A stretch of DNA of 64,000 nucleotides from an uncultured Lentisphaerales bacterium. GTDB taxonomy: Bacteria > Verrucomicrobiota > Lentisphaeria > JABSQK01 > UBA12247. Position 1 is the stretch's first letter. The number at the start of each line of letters is the position of its first letter. Location of the stretch: NCBI GenBank assembly GCA_943788985.1, contig CALSSJ010000005.1, forward strand, positions 32,001-96,000, read 5' to 3'. The notes beneath the pieces were generated by a model. That model saw only the letters and a program-made list of their open reading frames with translations. It did not search any database and was not told the origin of the DNA. Of this stretch, positions 1-11,455 are shown piece by piece. The position numbers were made by a program, and so were the translations under genes.

Positions 1-868
1 ATGAAGAATTGATCCGTGCTGCGATCGACATGTTGGTCGAGCTCCAGCAAGTTCCCGTGATGGTTGTGAAACCATTGAGTGATCGTCGCGACCAATCCAG
101 TTCGGTCCGCGCATTGCGCGACCAGTATGGCACGGGAGTCCGGCAAAGCTACGCGCTGTTGCGCTCTACTCTTCGCCTTCGTCTTCTTCTTCCAATTCCG
201 CCACAATCCGGGCGCGTTGGAGAGTGCGTTCGGCGCTAGTGAGGCCACGCCACCAACGCTTTAGGTCGCTGGGCTTTTGGTCCGAATATTCGGCCCACTG
301 ATTTAAAAGACGTGCAGTCCGTTCGTTCATCGTGCTATTACCTAAAAATAATGCTGGATAATGCCTGGCCTGCCGTTGGCTCGCACGGCTGCTCTGGCGA
401 AAAACAAGCGCGTAAGGTAGTCGCAGGCCATGTTCCCGTCAAGCGCAGCCTCGACTGAGACTACAGACGCACTGTTGTCGGGCAGTTAGGGGTGCCTATT
501 CTATCGCGATTGTGACGCTTTCGCTGTCCTCCGGCAGGGGCACGTACGAGGCTCCGCCTTCAGCGAGGTGGTGAGGGTAGTAGGTGCGGAGCTTCGCCAA
601 GGCGCTGTTCTTATCGCTGCCCGGGGTGAATTTGATGTGGACACTACGCGGGCCCGGGGCGCAAGGCCCTTGCAGTGGCCTGGGTCATTACGATGCTGCA
701 CAGCAGCTCCAGGACGCGATCGAAGAGCGCGAGCAAAACGCCTGAATCTCCAACAGCCAACAGCCGAAGGCAGCTGGGATGCATGCTCCACGGTCTTGAT
801 TTGGCAATTGGACATTCCGTATCGACAGTTGGATATTGTCTCCATCCTCACCGAACTACGAGTGCACC

Positions 869-2260
869 ATGTCCCAGCCGAATATCCTTCTAATTAACTG
901 CGACGATCTTGGCTATGGCGACCTTGGCTGCTATGGCTCGACGCGAAATAAGACGCCCCATCTCGACAACATGGCCGAGCAGGGCCTACGGTTGACCGAT
1001 TTCTACGTGGCCAGCCCGATCTGCTCGCCATCGCGCGGTGCCATGATGACCGGCTGCTATCCGCCGCGCATCGGTTTCGGCGACTTCGATGGCGCTGGCG
1101 TCCTCTTTCCCGGCGCCGCCATCGGCCTGCATCAGGACGAGCACACCCTGCCTCAACTACTGCGCGATGCTGGCTACCGCACCAAGCTGGTCGGCAAGTG
1201 GCATTGTGGCGACCAGCCCGAGTTCCTCCCTTGCGAACGCGGCTTCGATGAATACTACGGCATCCCCTTCAGTAACGACATGGGCCGGCAGGTCGGCCAT
1301 GAGCACCGCCCCCCGCTACCGCTAGTGCGCGACTCCAAAGTCATCCAGGAGCAGCCCGCCCAAGCCGGGCTCACGGAGCGCTACACCGAAGAATGCGTCC
1401 GTTTTATTCGCGACAATCAGGACGGTCCCTTCTTCCTTTACCTCGCACACATGTACGTCCATGTCCCGCTCTTTGTCCCCCGACAATTCCTCGCGGCGTC
1501 GGAGAATGGTGGCTATGGCGGTGCTGTCGCTCACATCGACTGGACCACCGGCGTGTTGTTGGACGAGCTGCGTGAACTCGGGATCGACGACAACTCCATC
1601 ATCATCTTCACCAGTGACAACGGCTCTCGGGCCCGTGATGAGGGCGGCAGTAATGCCCCCTGCCGTGGTACCAAGGGCACCACTTGGGAAGGCGGCCAGC
1701 GCGTGCCTTGCATCATCCGCTGGCCCGATAAGATCACCGCTGGGCAGACCAGTGACGCCATCACCTCAGCCATCGACTTCCTGCCGACCCTCGCCACGCT
1801 TGCTGGGGCCATACATCCCACTGACCGCCAGATCGACGGTCTGGACCAATCCGCCCAGTGGTTGGGCCAGTCAGCTGAATCAGTCAGAGACACATTTGTC
1901 TACTATTTCATGGATCGTCTCGAGGCTGTGCGCCAGGGAGACTGGAAGCTACATCTCGGAACCACGCGCAGCTGGGGAAAGAACCTCACCTGTGAAGAAC
2001 CCGCCCTGTTCAACCTCCGCGAAGACGTGGGCGAGCAGACCAATCTTTATGCCGATCACCCGGACATCGTCGCCACCCTCCAGGACGTTGCGGACTCCGT
2101 ACGCGCCGACCTTGGCGACTCATTCCAGGGCGTCGAAGGCGCTGGGCGTCGGCCGCACGGCCGCATCGAGAATCCGCAGCCGTTGACCACGTACGATCCC
2201 GATCACCCGTACATGGTCGCGATGTACGACTCTGCCGACAGTAAAGTCATGGCTGGCTAG
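869..2260 (+). CDS. Sulfatase (arylsulfatase A-like, Cys-type)
   Basis: PNILLINCDDLGYGDLG N-terminus, CSPSR formylglycine motif, GKWH and FTSDNG motifs. ATG at 869 is preferred over the track start at 836. Confidence 0.95.
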   Translation: MSQPNILLINCDDLGYGDLGCYGSTRNKTPHLDNMAEQGLRLTDFYVASPICSPSRGAMMTGCYPPRIGFGDFDGAGVLFPGAAIGLHQDEHTLPQLLRDAGYRTKLVGKWHCGDQPEFLPCERGFDEYYGIPFSNDMGRQVGHEHRPPLPLVRDSKVIQEQPAQAGLTERYTEECVRFIRDNQDGPFFLYLAHMYVHVPLFVPRQFLAASENGGYGGAVAHIDWTTGVLLDELRELGIDDNSIIIFTSDNGSRARDEGGSNAPCRGTKGTTWEGGQRVPCIIRWPDKITAGQTSDAITSAIDFLPTLATLAGAIHPTDRQIDGLDQSAQWLGQSAESVRDTFVYYFMDRLEAVRQGDWKLHLGTTRSWGKNLTCEEPALFNLREDVGEQTNLYADHPDIVATLQDVADSVRADLGDSFQGVEGAGRRPHGRIENPQPLTTYDPDHPYMVAMYDSADSKVMAG

Positions 2261-2361
2261 ATGGTGCGACGTGTCTCCATGCACGCCGGGAGTTTCGGGA
2301 GAAACGCGCAGAACCGTTTGGCATAGGGCGGATATAGCGTAGCATACTCCCGTTGAGGAAA

Positions 2362-2512
2362 CCGGTGCGGGAGAGAGGTGGCTTGCCACCCGCCGAAGGT
2401 GAAAGAACTCCCCGTAAGCTCTCAGGCAAAAGGACCGTGCCGGCATCTCAATCTCTGGAGAGCAGCCATGCGCTCACCGAAGGAGTTTACACTCTCAGGT
2501 ATCTGGACAGAG
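2362..2512 (+). ncRNA. Tandem glycine riboswitch
   Basis: Two aptamers, each with GGAGAG...CCGAAGG...CTCTCAGG. P1 stems ccggtgcgg/ccgtgccgg and ctctg/cagag. Directly upstream of glycine dehydrogenase. Confidence 0.93.
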
Positions 2513-2545
2513 CGGGGTAATTGAAACTCTCCTCGGAGAACACCT

Positions 2546-5393
2546 GTGCCTTCTGCTTCCATCTCTTCCGACTCCGCGACCACCCCATCCTGGTATGGCG
2601 AATTAGCGCCGCCTCACTTTGTCCACCGCCATCTGGGGGTCGACGCCGATACCTGTCAAGGCATGCTCCAGACCCTCGGCCTCGAGTCCGCGCAGGATTT
2701 GGTCGATGAAATCGTACCTGGTCACCTCAAGCGCCGCAGCAAGCTCGACCTGCCAGCGCCTTGTACCGAAGAAGAGGCCCTAGCTGAGCTTTGGGAGATC
2801 GCAGACCGAAACGTGCGCACTCGCTGCTGGATCGGACAGGGCTTTTACGGCAGTCATCTGCCGCCCGTGCTGCTGCGAAACCTGCTCGAGAACCCCGGTT
2901 GGTACACCCAATACACGCCCTACCAGGCCGAGATTTCACAGGGCCGCCTCGAGCTGCTCTTTGCCTTTCAGACCCTGATCACCGAGCTCACCGGCCTCCC
3001 GGTCGCAAATGCTAGCCTGCTCGACGAAGCCAGCGCCGTTGGCGAGGGCGTTTCGCTCGCCTTTGGCCAGCTTCGCAGACGTCGGCGCACCGTCGTTGCG
3101 GACTGCGCACTGCATCCGCAATCCTTGGCCGTGCTTCGCACGCGGACCGAGGCACTTGGCATCACCCTGCTCGTGCAGGACGCCTTTAGCGCCGAGCTAC
3201 CGCAGGATGACCTGTGCGCCGTGGTCGTGCAGACGCCCGACACATTTGGCCGACTTCGTGACGGTCTCGCAGCACTTGCGGACTCCGCACATGCCGCCGG
3301 TGCCTTGGTGGTTGCCGCCGTCGACCCTCTCGCACAATGCCTGCTGCACACCCCCGCTTCGTGGGGCGCAGATATCGCCGTGGGCGTAACCCAGCGATTT
3401 GGCCTGCCCGTGGGCTTCGGCGGCCCACATGCCGGCTTCATCGCCGTCACTGACAAGCTCAAGCGCAAGCTTCCCGGCCGCATCGTCGGCCTATCCGTCG
3501 ATCGCAACGGCAAGCCCGCCTATCGCCTAGCGCTGCAGACCCGCGAGCAACACATCCGGCGCGAAACCGCCACCTCAAACATTTGTACTGCTCAGGTCCT
3601 CCCCGCACTGCTCGCTACTGCCTACGCCGCTTGGCACGGCCCGCAGGGCCTCAGACGCATCGCTCAACGCGTGCAGTCACTTACCGCTTGGCTACAAGCC
3701 TCCTTGCAGAAAGCGGGCATTGCCGTCGAAACCGACGCCGTCTTCGGCACGCTTACCGCCGAGGCACCAGCCGGACTCTTTGCTGCTGCGGACTCGGCAG
3801 GAATCAGCGTTCGCTCGCTCGCGGGTAGCCGCGTTGGCCTCAGCCTGGATGAAACCACCACCGTGGCCGACATCCACGCCATTCTGGGCCTGTTTGGCGC
3901 ATCAGCCTCCAGCCAGGTCCCTGCGAACCTCGCAACGCCGTGGCTGCGAACCAGCGAATTGCTGCCGCAAGAGGTCTTTGGCAGCTATCATAGCGAGCAC
4001 GAAATGCTGCGCTTTCTGACCCCGCCTGCAGCATCGCGATCTTTCCCTCGCGCAATCCATGATCCCGCTTGGCTCCTGCACCATGAAGCTCAATGCCGCT
4101 GCCGAGATGATCCCGCTGACCTGGCCCTCCATCGGCCAGATGCATCCCTACGTGCCAGCCACGCACGCTCGGGGCTATGCCGAGATCTGCACAGATCTCG
4201 AAAACTGGCTCTCCACCATCACCGAGCTGCCCGGCTGCAGCTTGCAGCCGAACGCTGGCTCCCAAGGCGAATATGCTGGCCTGATCGCTATTCGCGCCTA
4301 TCTGCAGGCGCAGGGCCAGGCTGGTCGCGATGTCTGCCTCATCCCGGCCTCGGCGCACGGCACCAACCCTGCCTCGGCGGTACTAGCCGGGTTCCGGGTC
4401 GTCACCGTCGCCTGTAGCGACAATGGCGACATCGACCTTCGCGACCTCCACCTGAAAGTAGCCGAGCACGCCGAGACTCTCGGTGCCCTCATGATCACCT
4501 ACCCGTCTACCCACGGCGTTTTTGAGGAAGCCGTAGCCGAGGTCTGCGCCATTGTTCATCAAGCAGGCGGCCAAGTCTATATGGATGGGGCGAACATGAA
4601 CGCCCAGGTTGGCCTTACCTCGCCCGGCGCGATCGGTGCCGATGTCTGCCATGTCAATCTGCACAAGACCTTCTGCATTCCTCACGGCGGCGGTGGTCCT
4701 GGCATGGGGCCTATTTGCGTCGTCGAGCATCTGTGTCCCTATCTGCCGACCGATCCGGCGTCAGCCATCGATCCGCCGATTGCGATCTCCGCAACCCACT
4801 ATGGCAGTGCCAGCATCCTGACCATATCTTGGATGTATGTCCGGATGATGGGGGCCTCTGGGCTCACCAGCGCCACGCGGGTGGCGTTGCTCAACGCCAA
4901 CTACATGGCGACCCGCCTGGCCGACCACTTTCCGGTCCTGTACACTGGGCGCAACGATCGCGTCGCCCACGAGTTCATTCTCGATCTGCGGCCCTTGCTC
5001 GGCGAAAGCGGTCTCACGGTCGAGGACGTCGCCAAGCGTCTGATGGACTACGGCTTTCATGCACCCACCGTCTCCTGGCCCGTGGCCGGCACCATCATGA
5101 TCGAACCGACCGAGAGCGAGTCACGAGAGGAACTGGATCGTTACTGCGAAGCGTTGATCGAGATAGCCAGCGAGCTCGACGCCATCCGTAGCGGCGCAAT
5201 CAGCGCCGCTGACAGCCCATTGCACTACGCGCCCCACACCCAGGCGGACCTGCTTGGCAGCTGGGATCGCGCCTACACACGAGAGCAGGCTGCCTTTCCG
5301 CTACCATGGGTTGCCGGTCGCAAATTCTGGCCATTTGTCGCCAGGATCGACAACGCCTATGGCGACCGCAATCTCGTCTGCGCTTGTAGCTGA
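2546..5393 (+). CDS. gcvP: Glycine dehydrogenase (glycine cleavage P protein), single-chain type, with a frameshift near 4020
   Basis: [50 protein letters not shown] and [16 protein letters not shown] motifs. Removing one C from the C-run at 4020-4023 restores [18 protein letters not shown]. Confidence 0.93.
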
Positions 5394-5591
5394 GCTGTTT
5401 AAAGCGCCAAATATGTCTCCGGAAACGCCCTCTGGCCCCCTCCAGAGCGCCGGGAATGACGCTGAACAGGGAGCCTGATATTCTTGCCATCTCGAGTGGA
5501 TGATCGAGCGTAGCCGATGGTAAAACGACCGGACTGGGAAAGCCCAACTATTACGCCCTGGAAGGGGGACAGAAGGAGGGTAAGCACCCAC

Positions 5592-6600
5592 TCAAGGACT
5601 GGAAATGCGGCGACTGGTGCTTGAGCTCAGGTCAGAACGGAAGGTCATCATCCAACTGATGGGAGTCGGTGCCGCCCTGCTCGCTCTGGCCCGCGCAGAA
5701 ATAACGTTACATTTTGCTGCTGGTCGGGGCGGCGAACGGCCATCTGCGGCGTTAATTCGGCGCGGGCCCCAAGCTGGCAGCAAATCGTTGAGATAGACCG
5801 TCCCGGCACCATAGGGGGAAGTAAGGGTTCCAGAGCCCGAGACTTCGGGATCGTCGAAAGCGAAGGCTTTGGGGTGCTCGTCCGCGAACAGGTAGTTCAC
5901 CCGTCCCCTGTGGAGTGTCAAGGTTATGGTGCTGGGAGCCAAGTCGGCACGGATTTGCACGCCGACGCTGTTGGTATCGATTTGATAAGGAGCGATGTTG
6001 TTGACCACAGTCGTGGTCCCGGACTGTCTGTTCTAATCCTGAGCCAGTTCAGTGAGCAAGGCGGTTTCGGCCCGATGCCGCGGCTGTATGGAGTGGGGTT
6101 GCATTGCTCGAATTTCGCCGCGCTGGCAGGGCTCCCTTGTTTAACAACCAGCTGATTAATTCCACTTGCTCAGCCTCCAATATCAGGCACCAGTAGCGGT
6201 CGTAACGAGTGCTATTGACAACAGAATGCAGTGCCATTTCTCTCCACCATGCGAGGGTTAAAGCTGGCCGCCGCTTTATGCAGCCGGGTTTCGCGCGAAG
6301 CATTGCGAGCGTGAATATTTGCCCCCTATTCAAGATCGCTGTAGCGACTGATATTTCGGCCATTCGACAAGCCACATGTAACGGAGTGTGAGGGTCGTCT
6401 GGACTGGTTGCTGTAAGATCAGCCCCGTGTTCAATCAGCAGCAAAGCCGCCTTTTGCTTGCGCTAGACCCAAGCCGCGTGCCATGGCCGCCAGCCATCGT
6501 CCTCGTCGCGCAGATTAACTCAGTGTCGCCTTGGGATGCTGCACGGTGAATCTCTTCAGAAACAGCAGTCGCCCCAATTAGGAATCGCCCAACGACATGA
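5592..6600 (-). pseudogene. Fragmented ankyrin-repeat protein
   Basis: Ankyrin motifs scattered over different frames (IHRAASQGDTE, LIEHGAD, TPLHVAC, LLNKGA, TPLHTAAASG), followed by a protein-like ORF at 5592-6008. Boundaries are approximate. Confidence 0.55.
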
Positions 6601-6627
6601 ATTATAATAAATTTTCTGCTTACCCCA

Positions 6628-7765
6628 TCAGCACCTGATAGGCGAACCCCAGGCCCCATCCGTCTGATAGGTCCTGACCACACGGTTGCCAAAGGAGCAG
6701 ATCACGTCGTAGGAGATGGTGCCGCGGGCTTCTGCCCATTCGGCGATCGGGATGTTCTCGCCGAGGCACTCGACTTCGTCGCCAGCCGTGGCTTCCGGTA
6801 GGGCGCTGACATCGACTGTGACGTAGTCCATTGAGACCCGGCCCAGCACAGGGCAGGGCACGCCGCGGATGATCACGCGGCCGCGGTTGGAAAGGGCGAT
6901 CGGGAAGCCATCGGCATAGCCGACGGCAGCGGTGCCGACCCTCGTGTCACGGGCCAAGGTGTGCGTGCAGCCATAGCCGATCGTGGCCCCGGCAGTCATT
7001 TCACGAACCTGGACTAAGCGTGTCTTTAGGGTCAGCACGGTCTCGATCGCGAGGCGGCGCTCGCCTGCGAGGTCGAAGGCGCCGTAGAGATTGATCCCAG
7101 TGCGGACCATGGTGAAGGGGGCATGGCATGACTTGGGCTGGTTGTTTACGCCATCGCTGTTGGCCATGTGCACGTGGTCGAAGCGGATTCCAGCGGCCGC
7201 CAGCTGCTGGAGCAGGGCCGTGAATTCGCGCACTTGTTGGCGGGAGCGTTGGGGATCGCCATAGGCATGGGGGAAATGTGAGTAGATGCCCTCGCAATGT
7301 AGGCCCGGTAGCCGATCGATGTCTTGGATTACGGCGAAGGCGGTGGCGATTGGTAGGCCCAGGCGGCCCATCCCGCTGTCCACCAGTATGTGGCAGGTAG
7401 CGGTGGTTGCTTGCGCGACCGCGGCGGCACTTAGCTCTTTTGCGATCTCCGCATCGCCGATGGGGGCGACCAGGCCACTGCGAACCGCAAGCGGCGCTTC
7501 ATCGGGTAGCAATGCGCCCAAGATGTGAACCGGGCGGTCAAGCTCGAGCAGTGGCAGTGCTTCGCGAACTTCGGCGACGCCAAAGCGGCTGGCGCCAGCC
7601 TTTGCGAGCGCGGCAGCGACGGGGCCACAGCCAATCCCCGTAGGCGTCTGCTTTGAGCACCGGCATGACGTGCAGCGGTGCCACGGTGCGGCAGATCGTG
7701 CGGTAGTTCCGCACCAGCGCCGTCAGGTTTACCTCTAACCAGACGCGTGGCGCGGCGTCGCTCAT
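6628..7765 (-). CDS. alr: Alanine racemase, frameshifted near 7635
   Basis: N-terminal VLKADAYG PLP-lysine motif in the 7538-7798 frame. DSGMGRLG, SHF, VGYADG and GRVSMD in the 6628-7521 frame. Start overlaps the upstream stop (ATGA). Confidence 0.9.
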
Positions 7766-8463
7766 GCGGTTTCGCTCAACGGCACGACGTAGCTGCATTC
7801 CGGGAAGTTTCGGCAGCCCCAGAATTCATGCGAGTCTTGATCGCCGACGCTGGAACGACAGCGCGCCATGGCGACGCCACATTGCGGGCACAGTGGTGCC
7901 GCAGACACGGGCACGCCTGCTTCGTGCGCGTCGCCCGGCAGCTTGGTCGAGTCATCGGCATACTCTCCTAGCGCCAGCCCGCGAAACACTTCCTCCCGAA
8001 GCTCTTCCTCGTCATACTCATCTTGGGCATCGATTCGCAAGAGTGGAATGTCCGCCGATGCCAGTACGTCCTCGACAAAGCCACTGCGGATATAGCGTTG
8101 CCGGCGTGGATCTTCCAGGTCCTCGAGTTCGATGGCGCCGCACACCGTGAGGTCCGAGGCCTGACAGACCACGATCCCGACCCGCCGCCGTTCCGAGCGC
8201 CCGCGAACCCGCCGCCGCACGTCGTCTGCCAGGTTTTGGTCCGGCGTCACCATATCGGCGAGTCTGACCTTGCCGAATACGCGAAACTGCGGGCCCAGGC
8301 AGCGGGTCAGCACCAGCACAAAGTCGCGCTCCGAGGGGCTAAAAAAAGAGCGAAGGCCGACGAAAGGCGCGGTTGCATCCTCGGCACGCGAGCTAGTAGG
8401 CTCGCGCCGTAAGTAGGCTAGGACCACGCCCACCAAAACAGCAGATGCGGCGGACAGCAACAC
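7762..8463 (-). CDS. DUF2726 domain protein with C-terminal topoisomerase-type C4 zinc ribbon
   Basis: SERDF...VFGKVRLAD...AIELED pattern and C-terminal CPQCG...FWGCRNFPEC. Confidence 0.8.
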   Translation of the reverse strand: MLLSAASAVLVGVVLAYLRREPTSSRAEDATAPFVGLRSFFSPSERDFVLVLTRCLGPQFRVFGKVRLADMVTPDQNLADDVRRRVRGRSERRRVGIVVCQASDLTVCGAIELEDLEDPRRQRYIRSGFVEDVLASADIPLLRIDAQDEYDEEELREEVFRGLALGEYADDSTKLPGDAHEAGVPVSAAPLCPQCGVAMARCRSSVGDQDSHEFWGCRNFPECSYVVPLSETA

Positions 8464-8493
8464 TCGCCACCGCCAACGCAGCGTGAACAGAAA

Positions 8494-9180
8494 TCAAAGG
8501 ACTAAGACCGGTCGGAATCCGAAATTAAGCAACCGCGTCGAGGGCTCTCGCGGATAGCGATTGTTGATGCGCAGATATTCTTTCTGACAGGTGGTCCACG
8601 ACCCACCGCGGAGTTCGCAACTGGTGCCGCCTGCCTGAAACGTCCATTCATAGACATTTCCGCCTACGCCCCAGAGGCCCCACTCGTTCGCGCCAGATTC
8701 CTCCACCGGGCAAGTCACCGTGGCATGATCGTCATAGCCAGCAATGTGCTCCCAGTCCCGGTACTTCCGGCGAGCGGTTTCATCCGCGTAATTTCCATAT
8801 ATCGGGGGCCATTCATCGCCCCAAGGAAATTCCTTCTGCTTACCGCAACTGGCAAACACTGTCCATTCTTGGTGAGATGGCAGGCGCAGGAACTGGCCAT
8901 TCTGGATGGCGTTTCTGTCGCGCAGTCGCTCGGTGAACCAGCCACAGTATGCCATTGCATCCTCGTAGCTCACCTGGACTACGGGTTGCCGGTCCCCGTT
9001 TAAAGTCTCTCCCTCGTATTCGCCGCTGTCATGCGCGGCGTTGAAGGCCCGATACTCAGCATTGGTCGTGACATGCTTGCCCACCCAAAACTCCAAGGCA
9101 GGGAGCCAGATAAACTCAACGTTCAAAACCGGGTCTTTCCAATTCTCGCCGCGTACGATGCGGGTGCTGTTCTTGGTCAT
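8494..9180 (-). CDS. Formylglycine-generating enzyme (SUMF1/FGE-sulfatase) family protein
   Basis: PVVQVSYEDAMAYC, RLPS..EW, NEWGL..VGGNVYEW, RGGSW and FGFR motifs. Confidence 0.85.
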   Translation of the reverse strand: MTKNSTRIVRGENWKDPVLNVEFIWLPALEFWVGKHVTTNAEYRAFNAAHDSGEYEGETLNGDRQPVVQVSYEDAMAYCGWFTERLRDRNAIQNGQFLRLPSHQEWTVFASCGKQKEFPWGDEWPPIYGNYADETARRKYRDWEHIAGYDDHATVTCPVEESGANEWGLWGVGGNVYEWTFQAGGTSCELRGGSWTTCQKEYLRINNRYPREPSTRLLNFGFRPVLVL

Positions 9181-9496
9181 GATGACTCTTCTCTCTCGAC
9201 GGGACTCGCTATCAGCCTGTCGGACTTGGGATGATCGGCTGCAAACCTGAGCGACTTCAATTTTTTCTTGCGTAATTTTGGTTGGGTATCTTCAATACTC
9301 GTCCTTTGAATGCGCAACTCTAATCGATTCGCTCCGATTTTCGCCAAGATCCCCGTTAGACAGACAGACTGCTAGCTACTATAACGATTCATGCGGCAAT
9401 AAACAGGTTGGTATCGGCAGTTTGTCCACAGTTTCTGCCACGTGCCGTGCGATGGGGCCAGCTCTCCTCTGCAGATGCGGCACTCGAACCTAGCGA

Positions 9497-10165
9497 CTAC
9501 TCGAGAAGGGAGCGGAATTCCTTGAACTCGGCCTGGAGGGCGGCGAGCTGGGACTCGAGGGTCTCGACGCGGTCGCTGAGGGCTTCGATGGCCTCCTGGC
9601 GGGCACGAACTGCGGTGGTTGCGGACTCCGCAACTGCGGCGGGGGCGACGGTGTCGATTTCAGGAGCGCCAGCGAGAAGGTGGGCGTGCCGAGGCTCTTT
9701 GCGCCCCGGTTGTACGAGCAGGGTCATCATGAGCGGCGGTTCGTTCTCGGCGAGCCGATGCACGGTGGCCTCGGCTTCGGTGGGGGAGGCAAAGGGGTGG
9801 AGTCTGGCGGTGCGGCCTTTGAGTTCGCCTGCGGTTTGCGGACCTCGCAACATGGCGACGCAAAGAACGGCTAGTTCGGCGTCGTCAAGGTCCAAGACGC
9901 GGGGCATGGTATGGGCGTATTTCGGCACGCGGCTTCCGGCGGTGGTGACTTGCTCGGCAAGCCCTTTGTGCCGCAAGCCATCGAGGGCCACTACGACGTC
10001 TTCGTCGGTGAAGTGCATGACCGGATCACGGTTCGACTTCTGGCTGGCCGCGGTGCTCAGAGCGTTGAGTGTGAGCGGATAGTAATCCGGGGTTGTGACC
10101 TGCTTCTCGATCAGGCAACCGAGCATGCGTACTTCATCGTGGGTAAGCTGTGAAAGTTCTGGCAT
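9497..10165 (-). CDS. YceH/DUF480 (UPF0502) family protein
   Basis: RMLGCLIEKQVTTPDYYPLTLNAL...QKSNRDPVM and LRGPQTAGEL motifs. Confidence 0.9.
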   Translation of the reverse strand: MPELSQLTHDEVRMLGCLIEKQVTTPDYYPLTLNALSTAASQKSNRDPVMHFTDEDVVVALDGLRHKGLAEQVTTAGSRVPKYAHTMPRVLDLDDAELAVLCVAMLRGPQTAGELKGRTARLHPFASPTEAEATVHRLAENEPPLMMTLLVQPGRKEPRHAHLLAGAPEIDTVAPAAVAESATTAVRARQEAIEALSDRVETLESQLAALQAEFKEFRSLLE

Positions 10166-10269
10166 TGAGGCTTCCGTGTTGTGACGCGTTATACAGTGCG
10201 CGCGCGGCGTTAGTACAAGTGCTCGGGAATATCTAGGTACACATCCGCCATACTTTAACAGGGTACACG

Positions 10270-10731
10270 ATGAACGACAACTACACGAAATTTACCCTTC
10301 CTACCGTTCTGGTTTTGGCACTGGCCGCAGGCATGTTTTTGGGCGTGACAGGACTGGCTGAGGACGAACCGGCAGTTCCGGCAGAGCGCACTGTGGAGCA
10401 GCTTTCTGCGGACCAACTCGAGATCACCCGGCAGTTGCGAGCGCGTGCGGATGAGATCGATAAGGCCAAGGATGCCGTGGTACTGCGCAGTAAAATTACG
10501 GAGCTGACCCAGGAGCTGCGGGCGGCCCGGGCGGCGCTCACGCAGCTGGTCCACGATGATAAGGAGTATGCGAAATTGCTGGAGAAGCGCGACGCGCTCC
10601 GCGATGAGATGCGGCGGGTCCGGACCTTGCGCTCTAGGAGAACCCTGACCAGAACCACGCCACAGCCCCCGGCTGATGCGGATACTACGCAACCGGATGC
10701 AGCGACTCCTACCCCGGCCCCGCAGGACTGA
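10270..10731 (+). CDS. Exported coiled-coil hypothetical protein, first gene of the secretion operon
   Basis: Signal peptide, helical charged core and Pro/Thr-rich tail. Ends 9 nt before the pseudopilin start. Confidence 0.7.
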   Translation: MNDNYTKFTLPTVLVLALAAGMFLGVTGLAEDEPAVPAERTVEQLSADQLEITRQLRARADEIDKAKDAVVLRSKITELTQELRAARAALTQLVHDDKEYAKLLEKRDALRDEMRRVRTLRSRRTLTRTTPQPPADADTTQPDAATPTPAPQD

Positions 10732-10740
10732 GCAACCACG

Positions 10741-11450
10741 ATGTCTGCAAAAACTGGTCGACGTAGCCGGTTCACTCTGATTGAACTGCTTGTTGTAATC
10801 GTCATTATTATGATTCTTATTGGCCTGTTGCTCCCAGCATTTCAGCAGGCTAGGGCGCAGGCACGGGCCACTAGCTGCACGAGCCAAATGCGCCAGTTTG
10901 GGATGGGGACGCTGTCGTATCGGGAAGACCATGATACGCTGATGCCGCCGTGGCTGTCTTCAATCAGCGAGGATTACTTGGGTGGTCCGGAGTTGCTGGT
11001 GTGCCCGCAAGACCCCTCGGCTGGTGCGGCAGGTGGGCGCCCTGGAGGTACTGATGGGCTTGAGCAGATCGATCCGCTTATCGAGCGATGACTTCGAGGA
11101 GACGGATGACATCGCGACCAATCCCTGATCGCCCCGGCACGGGTGCCGACGAGGATGTGGAGAAGTGCAGCTACATGTATGAGTTTGCCAACGTCGAAGT
11201 GCTCGTGGTGAGCGATTGCGAAATACGTGGTGGGCAGCGAAAACGAGTACAGATGGCCGACGGGCTTGGGCGAGATCGCGATCCGGCCCGCTTCAGCATC
11301 GTTGGGCGGGCGTGGGAGCCGGATCTATTTCCATCGGCTCGCTGCGTCTGGCACTTTGCCGTGCTTGTGGGGGAAGACAGGAGCTAGTGTTGAATACTTC
11401 GTTCGCCGGGGGCTTCTTTAAGAGCCGGCTCCACATGGGAAGATGGAGTT
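10741..11450 (+). CDS. Type II secretion pseudopilin-like protein (prepilin N-terminal methylation motif), multiply frameshifted
   Basis: [24 protein letters not shown]-terminus. Protein-like sequence continues in other frames ([15 protein letters not shown]). The 3' end is approximate. Confidence 0.7.
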
Positions 11451-11455
11451 TACTG

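Noticed and set aside
1..860. Short ORFs at the window start
   Set aside because: No recognisable motifs, and overlapping alternatives on both strands; no call can be supported.
4010..4065. gcvP split as natural GcvPA/GcvPB or a programmed frameshift
   Set aside because: The break falls inside a conserved stretch and is repaired by deleting one C from a homopolymer. Similar shifts occur in alr, the pseudopilin, the giant protease, pilM, the PilP-like gene and rmlA, which points to sequencing indels.
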